In this document: piece after piece, positions 13,601-25,820 of the stretch | Numbering within the stretch: position 1 is the first letter of the stretch | Layout: each line of letters begins with the position of its first letter | NCBI GenBank assembly: GCA_053919585.1 | Contig: JBSSHM010000055.1 | Reading direction: 5' to 3' (one strand) | From: Euprymna scolopes | Lineage: Eukaryota | DNA: 64,000 nt | Program-made: the position numbers and the translations under genes | The notes under the pieces: model-generated | Database searches by the model: none | What the model saw: the letters and a program-made list of their open reading frames with translations, nothing else | Told to the model about the DNA's origin: nothing

Positions 13601-15700
13601 GTGAATAGTCAGATTATGTATTGATATCGTTTTTGTATTATTCTGTTGAATAGTGAATAGTCAGATTATGTATTGATATCGTTTATGAATTATTCTGTTG
13701 AATAGTGAATAGTCAGATTATGTATTGATATCGTTTATGTATTATTCTGTTGAATAGTGAATAGTCAGATTATGTATTGATATCGTTTTTGTATTATTCC
13801 GTTGAATAGTGAATAGTCAGATTATGTATTGATATCGTTTTTGTATTATTCCGTTGAATAGTGAATAGTCAGATTATGTATTGATATCGTTTTTGTATTA
13901 TTCTGTTGAATAGTGAATAGTCAGATTATGTATTGATATCGTTTTTGTATTATTCTGTTGAATAGTGAATAGTCAGATTATGTATTGATATCGTTTTTGT
14001 ATTATTCTGTTGAATAGTGAATAGTCAGATTATGTATTGATATCGTTTTTGTATTATTCCGTTGAATAGTGAATAGTCAGATTATGTATTGATATCGTTT
14101 TTTTATTATTCCGTTGAATAGTGAATAGTCAGATTATGTATTGATATCGTTATTGTATTATTCCGTTGAATAGTGAATAGTCAGATTATGTATTGATATC
14201 GTTTTTTTATTAGTCCTTTTAATAGTGAATAGTCCGATTATGTATTGATATCGTTGTTGTATTATTCTGTTGAAGAGTGAATAGTCAGATTATGTATTGA
14301 TATCGTTTTTTTATTATTCCGTTGAATAGTGAATAGTCAGAATATGTATTGATATCGTTTTTTTATTTTTCTGTTGAATAGTGAATAGTCAGATTATGTA
14401 TTGATATCGTTTTTGTATTATTCCGTTGAATAGTGAATAGTCAGATTATGTATTGATATCGTTTTTGTATTATTCTGTTGAATAGTGAATATTCAGATTA
14501 TGTATTGATATCGTTTTTGTATTATTCCGTTGATATGTGAATAGTCAGATTATATATTGATATCGTTTTTTTATTATTCCGTTGAATAGTGAATAGTCAG
14601 ATTATGTATTGATACCGTTTTTTTATTATTCCTTTGAATAGTGAATAGTCCGATTATGTATTGATATCATTGTTGTATTATTCTGTTGAATAGTGAATAG
14701 TCAGATTATGTATTGATATCGTTTTTGTATTATTCCGTTGAATAGTGAATAGTCTGATTATGTATTGATATCGTTTTTGTATTATTCTGTTGAATAGTGA
14801 ATAGTCCGATTATGTATTGATATCGTTTTTGTATTATTCTGTTGAATAGTGAATAGTCAGATTTTGTATTGATATCGTTTTTGTATTATTCCGTTGAATA
14901 GTGAATAGTCAGATTATGTATTGATATCATTGTTGTATTATTCTGTTGAATAGTGAATAGCAAGATTATTCATTGATATCGTTTTTGTATTATTCTGTTG
15001 AATAGTGAATAATCAGATTATGTATTGATATCGTTTTTGTATTATTCTGTTGAATAGTGAATAGTCAGATTATGTATTGATATCGTTTTTGTATTATTCT
15101 GTTGAATAGTGAATAGTCAGATTATGTATTGATATCGTTTTTATATTATTCTGTTGAATAGTGAATGGTAAGATTATGTATTGATATCGTTTTTGTATTA
15201 TTCCGTTGAATAGTGAATCGTCAGATTATGTATTGATATCGTTTGTGTATTATTCCGTTGAATAGTGAATAGTAAGATTATGTATTGATATCGTTTTTGT
15301 ATTTTTCTGTTGAATAGTGAATCGTCAGATTATATATTGATATCGTTTTAGTATTATTCCGTTGAATAGTGAATAGTCAGATTATGTATTAATATCGTTT
15401 TTGTATTATTCCGTTAAATAGTTAATAGTCAGATTATGTATTGATATCGTTTTTGTATTATTCCGTTGAATAGTGAATAGTAAGATTATGCGTTGATATC
15501 GTTTGTGTATTATTCCGTTGAATAGTGAATAGTCAGATTATGTATTGATATCGTTTTTGTATTATTCCGTGAATAGTGAATAGTCAGATTATGTATTGAT
15601 ATCGTTTTTGTATTATTCTGTTGAATAGTGAATAGTCAGATTATTTATTGATATCGTTTTTGTATTATTCTGTTGAATAGTGAATAGTCAGATTATGTAT
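1690..15700. repeat. Irregular higher-order repeat domain (units of ~41-62 monomers)
   Basis: The rare variant AGCAAGATTATTCATTG occurs at ~1791, 5018, 7153, 10014, 12304 and 14959 (spacings 3227, 2135, 2861, 2290, 2655 bp). Each is followed by the same ordered run of variant monomers: GAATGGTAAG, GAATCGTC..TTTGTGT, TTTTAGT, GTTAAATAGTTAATAG, TATGCGTTG, then CCGTGAA with a 1-bp deletion. Confidence 0.9.
8720..13300. repeat. Direct tandem duplication of a ~2,290-bp (44-monomer) block
   Basis: Markers are offset by 2290 bp: TACTGAATAG at 9381/11671 and AGCAAG at 10014/12304. The copies differ at a few private positions, e.g. CTGTATAATAG ~9998 vs CTGTTGAATAG ~12288. Confidence 0.88.
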
Positions 15701-18700
15701 TGATATCGTTTTTGTATTATTCCGTTGAATAGTGAATAGTCAGATTATGTATTGATATCGTTTTTTTATTTTTCCTTTGAATAGTGAATAGTCCGATTAT
15801 GTATTGATATCATTGTTGTATTATTCTGTTGAATAGTGAATAGTCAGATTATGTATTGATATCGTTTTTTTTATTTTTCCTTTGAATAGTGAATAGTCAG
15901 ATTATGTATTGATATCGTTTTTGTATTATTCTGTTGAATAGTGAATAGTCAGATTATGTATTGATATCGTTTTTGTATTATTCCGTTGAATAGTGAATAG
16001 TCAGATTATGTATTGATATCGTTTTTGTATTATTCCGTTGAATAGTGAATAGTCAGATTATGTATTGATATCGTTTTTTTTAATTTTTCCTTTGAATAGT
16101 GAATAGTCCGATTATGTATTGATATCATTGTTGTATTATTCTGTTGAATAGTGAATAGTCAGATTATGTATTGATATCGTTTTTGTATTATTCCGTTGAA
16201 TAGTGAATAGTCAGATTATGTATTGATATCGTTTGTTTATTATTCCATTGAATAGTGAATAGTCAGATTATGTACTGATATCGTTTTTGTATTATTCTGT
16301 TGAATAGTGAATAGTCAGATTATGTATTGATATCGTTTTTGTATTATTCTGTTGAATAGTGAATAGTCAGATTATGTATTGATATCGTTTTTGTATTATT
16401 CCGTTGAATAGTGAATAGTCAGATAATGTATTGATATCGTTTTTTTTATTATTCCTTTGAATAGTGAATAGTCCGATTATGTATTGATATCGTTTTTTTT
16501 ATTATTCCGTTGAATAGTGAATAATCAGATTATGTATTGATATCGTTTTTGTATTATTCTGTTGAATAGTGAATAGTCAGATTATGTATTGATATCGTTT
16601 ATGAATTATTCTGTTGAATAGTGAATAGTCAGATTATGTATTGATATCGTTTTTGTATTATTCCGTTGAATAGTGAATAGTCAGATTATGTATTGATATC
16701 GTTTTTGTATTATTCCGTTGAATAGTGAATAGTCAGATTATGTATTGATATCGTTTTTGTATTATTCTGTTGAATAGTGAATAGTCAGATTATGTATTGA
16801 TATCGTTTTTGTATTATTCTGTTGAATAGTGAATAGTCAGATTATGTATTGATATCGTTTTTGTATTATTCCGTTGAATAGTGAATAGTCAGATTATGTA
16901 TTGATATCGTTTTTGTATTATTCTGTTGAATAGTGAATAGTCAGATTATGTATTGATATCGTTTTTGTATTATTCCGTTGAATAGTTAATAGTCAGATTA
17001 TGTATTGATATCGTTTTTTTATTATTCCGTTGAATAGTGAATAGTCAGATTATGTATTGATATCGTTATTGTATTATTCCGTTGAATAGTGAATAGTCAG
17101 ATTATGTATTGATATCGTTTTTTTATTAGTCCTTTTAATAGTGAATAGTCCGATTATGTATTGATATCATTGTTGTATTATTCTGTTGAAGAGTCAATAG
17201 TCAGATTATGTATTGATATCGTTTTTTTATTATTCCGTTGAATAGTGAATAGTCAGAATATGTATTGATATCGTTTTTTTATTTTTCTGTTGAATAGTGA
17301 ATAGTCAGATTATGTATTGATATCGTTTTTGTATTATTCCGTTGAATAGTGAATAGTCAGATTATGTATTGATATCGTTTTTGTATTATTCTGTTGAATA
17401 GTGAATAGTCAGATTATGTATTGATATCGTTTTTGTATTATTCCGTTGAATAGTGAATAGTCTGATTATGTATTGATATCGTTTTTGTATTATTCCTTTG
17501 AATAGTGAATAGTCCGATTATGTATTGATATCGTTTTTGTATTATTCCGTTGAATAGTGAATAGTCAGATTATGTATTGATATCGTTTTTTTATTATTCC
17601 TTTGAATAGTGAATAGTCCGAGTATGTAGTGATATCATTGTTGTATTATTCTGTTGAATAGTGAATATTCAGATTATGTATTGATATCGTTTTTGTATTA
17701 TTCCGTTGATATGTGAATAGTCAGATTATATATTGATATCGTTTTTTTATTATTCCGTTGAATAGTGAATAGTCAGATTATGTATTGATATCGTTTTTGT
17801 ATTATTCTGTTGAATAGTGAATAGTCAGATTATGTATTGATATCGTTTTTGTATTATTCCGTTGAATAGTGAATAGTCAGATTATGTATTGATATCGTTT
17901 TTGTATTATTCTGTTGAATAGTGAATAGTCAGATTATGTATTGATATTGTTTTTGTATTATTCTGTTGAATAGTGAATAGTCAGATTATGTATTGATATC
18001 GTTTTTGTATAATTCCTTTGAATAGTGAATAGTCAGATTATGTAGTGATATCGTTTTTGTATTGTTCTGTTGAATAGTGAATAGTCCGATTATGTATTGT
18101 TATCATTGTTGTATTATTCTGTTGAATAGTGAATAGTCAGATTATGTATTGATATCGTTTTTGTATTATTCTGTTGAATAGTGAATAGTCAGATTATTTA
18201 TTGATATCGTTTTTGTATTATTCTGTTGAATAGTGAATAGTCAGATTATGTATTGATATCGTTTTTGTATTATTCCGTTGAATAGTGAATAGTCAGATTA
18301 TGTATTGATATCGTTTTTTATTTTTCCTTTGAATAGTGAATAGTCCGATTATGTATTGATATCATTGTTGTATTATTCTGTTGAATAGTGAATAGTCAGA
18401 TTATGTATTGATATCGTTTTTTTTATTTTTCCTTTGAATAGTGAATAGTCAGATTATGTATTGATATCGTTTTTGTATTATTCTGTTGAATAGTGAATAG
18501 TCAGATTATGTATTGATATCGTTTTTGTATTATTCCGTTGAATAGTGAATAGTCAGATTATGTATTGATATCGTTTTTGTATTATTCCGTTGAATAGTGA
18601 ATAGTCAGATTATGTATTGATATCGTTTTTTTTAATTTTTCCTTTGAATAGTGAATAGTCCGATTATGTATTGATATCATTGTTGTATTATTCTGTTGAA

Positions 18701-20690
18701 TAGTGAATAGTCAGATTATGTATTGATATCGTTTTTGTATTATTCCGTTGAATAGTGAATAGTCAGATTATGTATTGATATCGTTTGTTTATTATTCCAT
18801 TGAATAGTGAATAGTCAGATTATGTACTGATATCGTTTTTGTATTATTCTGTTGAATAGTGAATAGTCAGATTATGTATTGATATCGTTTTTGTATTATT
18901 CTGTTGAATAGTGAATAGTCAGATTATGTATTGATATCGTTTTTGTATTATTCCGTTGAATAGTGAATAGTCAGATAATGTATTGATATCGTTTTTTTTA
19001 TTATTCCTTTGAATAGTGAATAGTCCGATTATGTATTGATATCGTTTTTTTTATTATTCCGTTGAATAGTGAATAATCAGATTATGTATTGATATCGTTT
19101 TTGTATTATTCTGTTGAATAGTGAATAGTCAGATTATGTATTGATATCGTTTATGAATTATTCTGTTGAATAGTGAATAGTCAGATTATGTATTGATATC
19201 GTTTTTGTATTATTCCGTTGAATAGTGAATAGTCAGATTATGTATTGATATCGTTTTTGTATTATTCCGTTGAATAGTGAATAGTCAGATTATGTATTGA
19301 TATCGTTTTTGTATTATTCTGTTGAATAGTGAATAGTCAGATTATGTATTGATATCGTTTTTGTATTATTCTGTTGAATAGTGAATAGTCAGATTATGTA
19401 TTGATATCGTTTTTGTATTATTCCGTTGAATAGTGAATAGTCAGATTATGTATTGATATCGTTTTTGTATTATTCTGTTGAATAGTGAATAGTCAGATTA
19501 TGTATTGATATCGTTTTTGTATTATTCCGTTGAATAGTGAATAGTCAGATTATGTATTGATATCGTTTTTTTATTATTCCGTTGAATAGTGAATAGTCAG
19601 ATTATGTATTGATATCGTTATTGTATTATTCCGTTGAATAGTGAATAGTCAGATTATGTATTGATATCGTTTTTTTATTAGTCCTTTTAATAGTGAATAG
19701 TCCGATTATGTATTGATATCATTGTTGTATTATTCTGTTGAAGAGTCAATAGTCAGATTATGTATTGATATCGTTTTTTTATTATTCCGTTGAATAGTGA
19801 ATAGTCAGAATATGTATTGATATCGTTTTTTTATTTTTCTGTTGAATAGTGAATAGTCAGATTATGTATTGATATCGTTTTTGTATTATTCCGTTGAATA
19901 GTGAATAGTCAGATTATGTATTGATATCGTTTTTGTATTATTCTGTTGAATAGTGAATAGTCAGATTATGTATTGATATCGTTTTTGTATTATTCCGTTG
20001 AATAGTGAATAGTCTGATTATGTATTGATATCGTTTTTGTATTATTCCTTTGAATAGTGAATAGTCCGATTATGTATTGATATCGTTTTTGTATTATTCC
20101 GTTGAATAGTGAATAGTCAGATTATGTATTGATATCGTTTTTTTATTATTCCTTTGAATAGTGAATAGTCCGAGTATGTATTGATATCATTGTTGTATTA
20201 TTCTGTTGAATAGTGAATATTCAGATTATGTATTGATATCGTTTTTGTATTATTCCGTTGATATGTGAATAGTCAGATTATATATTGATATCGTTTTTTT
20301 ATTATTCCGTTGAATAGTGAATAGTCAGATTATGTATTGATATCGTTTTTGTATTATTCTGTTGAATAGTGAATAGTCAGATTATGTATTGATATCGTTT
20401 TTGTATTATTCCGTTGAATAGTGAATAGTCAGATTATGTATTGATATCGTTTTTGTATTATTCTGTTGAATAGTGAATAGTCAGATTATGTATTGATATT
20501 GTTTTTGTATTATTCTGTTGAATAGTGAATAGTCAGATTATGTATTGATATCGTTTTTGTATAATTCCTTTGAATAGTGAATAGTCAGATTATGTAGTGA
20601 TATCGTTTTTGTATTGTTCTGTTGAATAGTGAATAGTCCGATTATGTATTGTTATCATTGTTGTATTATTCTGTTGAATAGTGAATAGTC
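15620..20690. repeat. Direct tandem duplication of a ~2,552-bp (49-monomer) block
   Basis: Markers are offset by 2552-2553 bp: TTATTTATTG at 15641/18194, GAGTCAATAG at 17191/19743 and CCGAGTATG at ~17618/20170. TATTGTTATCATTG closes both copies. Confidence 0.88.
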
Positions 20691-23600
20691 AGTTTATGTA
20701 TTGATATCGTTTTTGTATTAATCTGTTGAATAGTGAATAGTCAGATTATGTATTGATATCGTTTTTGTATTTTTCTGTTGAATGGTGAATAGTCAGATTA
20801 TGTATTGATATCGTTTTTGTATTATTCCTTTGAATAGTGAATAGTCAGATTATGTATTGATATCGTTTGTGTATTATTCTTTTGAATAGTGAATAGTCCG
20901 ATTATGTTTTGATATAATTGTTGTATTATTCTGTTGAATAGTGAATAGTCAGATTATGTATTGATATCGTTTTTGTATTATTCTGTTGAATAGTGAATAG
21001 TCCGATTATGTATTGATATCGTTTTTGTATTATTCTGTTGAATAGTGAATAATCCGATTATGTATTGATATCATTGTTGTATTATTCTGTTGAATAGTGA
21101 ATCGTCAGATTATGTATTGATATCGTTTTTGTATTATTCTGTTGAATAGTGAATAGTCAGATTATGTATTGATATCGTTTTTGTATTATTCTGTTGAATA
21201 TTGAATAGTCAGATTATGTATTGATATCGTTTTTGTATTATTCTGTTGAATAGTGAATAGTCAGATTATGTATTGATATCGTTTTTGTATTATTCCGTTG
21301 AATAGTGAATAGTCAGATTATGTATTAATATCGTTTTTGTATTATTCTGTTGAATAGTGAATAGTCAGATTATGTATTGATATCGTTTTTGTATTTTTCT
21401 GTTGAATAGTGAATAGTCAGATTATGTATTGATATCATTTTTGTATTATTCCGTTGAATAGTGAATAGTCAGATTATGTATTGATATCGTTTTTGTATTA
21501 TTCCGTTGAATAGTGAATAGTCAAATTATGTATTGATATCGTTTTTGTATTATTCTGTTGAATAGTGAATAGTCAGATTATGTATTGATATCGTTTTTGT
21601 ATGATTCCGTTGAATAGTGAATAGTCAGAGTATGTATTGATATCGTTTTTGTATATATTCTGTTGAATAGTGAATAGTCAAATTATGTATTGATATCGTT
21701 TTTGTATTATTCTGTTGAATAGTGAATAGTCCGATTATGTATTGATATCATTGTTGTTTTATTCTGTTTTATAGTGAATAGTCAGATTATGTATTGATAT
21801 CGTTTTTGTATTATTCTGTTGAATAGTGAATAGTCAGATTATGTATTGATATCGTTTGTGTATTATTCTGTTGATTAGTGAATAGTAAGATTATGTATTG
21901 ATATGGTTGTTGCATTATGCTGTTGAATAGTTAATAGTCAGATTATGTATTGATATCATTGTTGTATTATTCTGTTAAATAGTGAATAGTCAGATTATGT
22001 ATTGATATCGTTTTTGTATTATTCCGTTGAATAGTGAATAGTCAGATTATGTATTGATATCATTGTTGTATTATTCTGTTAAATAGTGAATAGTCAGATT
22101 ATGTATTGATATCGTTTTTGTATTATTCCGTTGAATAGTGAATAGTCAGATTATGTATTGATATCGTTTTTTTATTATTCTGTTGAATAGTGAATAGTCA
22201 GATTATGTATTGATATCATTGTTGTATTATTCTGTTGAATAGTGAATAGTCAGATTATGTATTGATATCGTTCTTGTAGTTTTCCGTTGAATAGTGAATA
22301 GTCAGATTATGTATTGATATAGTTTTTTTTATTATTCCGTTGAATAGTGAATAGGCCGAATATGTATTGATATCATTGTTGTATTATTCTGTTGAATAGT
22401 GAATAGTCAGATTATGTATGAATATCGTTTTTGTATTATTCCGTTGAATAGTGAATAGTCAGATTATGTATTGATATCGTTTTTGTATTATTCCGTTGAA
22501 TAGTGAATAGTCAGATTATGTATTGATATCGTTTTTTTATTATTCCGTTGAATAGTGAATAGTAAGATTATGTATTGATATCGTTTTTGTATTATTCCGT
22601 TGATTAGTGAATAGTCCAATTATGTATTGATATCGTTTTTGTATTATTCCGTTGAATAGTGAATAGTCAGATTATGTATTGATATCGTTTGTGTATTATT
22701 CTGTTGAATAGTGAATAGTCAGATTATGTATTGATATCGTTTTTGTATTATTCTGTTGAATAGTGAATCGTAAGATTATGTATTGATATCGTTTTTGTAT
22801 TATTCTGTTGAATAGTGAATAGTCAGATTATGTATTGATATCGTTTTTGTATTATTCAGTTGAATAGTGAATAGTCAGATTATGTATTGATATCGTTTTT
22901 GTATTATTCCGTTGAATAGTGAAGAGTCAGATTATGTATTGATATCGTTTTTGTATTATTCTGTTGAATAGTGAATAGTCCGATTATGTATTGATATCGG
23001 TTTTGTATTATTCTGTTGAATAGTGAATAGTCAGATTATGTATTGATATCGGTTTTGTATTATTCTGTTGAATAGTGAATAGTCAGATTATGTATTGATA
23101 TCGTTTTTGTATTATTCTGTTGAATAGTGAATAGTCAGATTATGTATTGATATCGTTTTTTTATTATTCTGTTGAATAGTGAATAGTCAGATTATGTATT
23201 GATATCATTGTTGTATTATTCTGTTGAATAGTGAATAGTCAGATTATGTATTGATATCGTTTTTGTATTATTCCGTTGAATAGTGAATAGTCAGATTATG
23301 TATTGATATCGTTTTTTTATTATTCCGTTGAATAGTGAATAGTCAGATTATGTATTGATATCATTGTTGTATTATTCTGTTGAATAGTGAATAGTCAGAT
23401 TATGTATTGATATCGTTTTTGTATTATTCCGTTGAATAGTGAATAGTCAGATTATGTATTGATATCGTTTTTTTATTATTCCGTTGAATAGTGAATAGTC
23501 AGATTATGTATTGATATCATTGTTGTATTATTCTGTTGAATAGTGAATAGTCAGATTATGTATTGATATCGTTTTTGTATTATCCTGTTGAATAGTGAAT

Positions 23601-25820
23601 AGTCAGATTATGTATTGATATCGTTTTTGTATTATTCGGTTGAATAGTGAATAGTCAGATTATGTATTGATATCGTTTTTGTATTATTCCGTTGAATAGT
23701 GAATAGTCAGATTATGTATTGATATCGTTTTTGTATTATTCTGTTGAATAGTGAATAGTCAGATTATGTATTGATATGGTTTTTGTATTATTCCGTTGAA
23801 TAGTGAATAGTCAGATTATGTATTGATATCGTTTTTGTATTATTCCTTTGAATAGTGAATAGTCAGATTATGTATTGATATCGTTTTTGTATTATTCTGT
23901 TGAATAGTGAATAGTCAGATTATGTATTGATATTGTTTTTGTATTATTCTGTTGAATAGTGAATAGTCAGATTATGTATTGATATCGTTTTTGTATAATT
24001 CCTTTGAATAGTGAATAGTCAGATTATGTAGTGATATCGTTTTTGTATTGTTCTGTTGAATAGTGAATAGTCCGATTATGTATTGTTATCATTGTTGTAT
24101 TATTCTGTTGAATAGTGAATAGTCAGTTTATGTATTGATATCGTTTTTGTATTAATCTGTTGAATAGTGAATAGTCAGATTATGTATTGATATCGTTTTT
24201 GTATTTTTCTGTTGAATGGTGAATAGTCAGATTATGTATTGATATCGTTTTTGTATTATTCCTTTGAATAGTGAATAGTCAGATTATGTATTGATATCGT
24301 TTGTGTATTATTCTTTTGAATAGTGAATAGTCCGATTATGTTTTGATATAATTGTTGTATTATTCTGTTGAATAGTGAATAGTCAGATTATGTATTGATA
24401 TCGTTTTTGTATTATTCTGTTGAATAGTGAATAGTCCGATTATGTATTGATATCGTTTTTGTATTATTCTGTTGAATAGTGAATAATCCGATTATGTATT
24501 GATATCATTGTTGTATTATTCTGTTGAATAGTGAATCGTCAGATTATGTATTGATATCGTTTTTGTATTATTCTGTTGAATAGTGAATAGTCAGATTATG
24601 TATTGATATCGTTTTTGTATTATTCTGTTGAATATTGAATAGTCAGATTATGTATTGATATCGTTTTTGTATTATTCTGTTGAATAGTGAATAGTCAGAT
24701 TATGTATTGATATCGTTTTTGTATTATTCCGTTGAATAGTGAATAGTCAGATTATGTATTAATATCGTTTTTGTATTATTCTGTTGAATAGTGAATAGTC
24801 AGATTATGTATTGATATCGTTTTTGTATTTTTCTGTTGAATAGTGAATAGTCAGATTATGTATTGATATCATTTTTGTATTATTCCGTTGAATAGTGAAT
24901 AGTCAGATTATGTATTGATATCGTTTTTGTATTATTCCGTTGAATAGTGAATAGTCAGATTATGTATTGATATCGTTTTTTTATTATTCTGTTGAATAGT
25001 GAATAGTCAGATTATGTATTGATATCATTGTTGTATTATTCTGTTGAATAGTGAATAGTCAGATTATGTATTGATATCGTTTTTGTAGTTTTCCGTTGAA
25101 TAGTGAATAGTCAGATTATGTATTGATATAGTTTTTTTTATTATTCCGTTGAATAGTGAATAGTCCGAATATGTATTGATATCATTGTTGTATTATTCTG
25201 TTGAATAGTGAATAGTCAGATTATGTATGAATATCGTTTTTGTATTATTCCGTTGAATAGATAATAGTCAGATTATGTATTGATATCGTTTTTGTATTAT
25301 TCCGTTGAATAGTGAATAGTCAGATTATGTATTGATATCGTTTTTTTATTATTCCGTTGAATAGTGAATAGTAAGATTATGTATTGATATCGTTTTTGTA
25401 TTATTCCGTTGATTAGTGAATAGTCCGATTATGTATTGATATCGTTTTTGTATTATTCCGTTGAATAGTGAATAGTCAGATTATGTATTGATATCGTTTG
25501 TGTATTATTCTGTTGAATAGTGAATAGTCAGATTATCTATTGATATCGTTTTTGTATTATTCTGTTGAATAGTGAATCGTAAGATTATGTATTGATATCG
25601 TTTTTGTATTATTCTGTTGAATAGTGAATAGTCAGATTATGTATTGATATCGTTTTTGTATTATTCAGTTGAATAGTGAATAGTAAGATTATGTATTGAT
25701 ATCGTTTTTGTATTATTCCGTTGAATAGTGAATAGTCAGATTATGTATTGATATCGTTTTTGTATTATTCTGTTGAATAGTGAATAGTCCGATTATGTAT
25801 TGATATCGGTTTTGTATTAT
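20450..25820. repeat. Duplicated block with internal deletion (~20450-23000 copied at ~23880-25820)
   Basis: TCAGTTTATG at 20689/24123 and AATGGTGAAT at 20781/24215 are offset by 3434 bp (66 monomers). Later markers GTAGTTTTCC at 22277/25085 and TATGAATATC at 22417/25226 are offset by ~2808 bp (54 monomers), so ~12 monomers are missing from the second copy. Confidence 0.8.
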
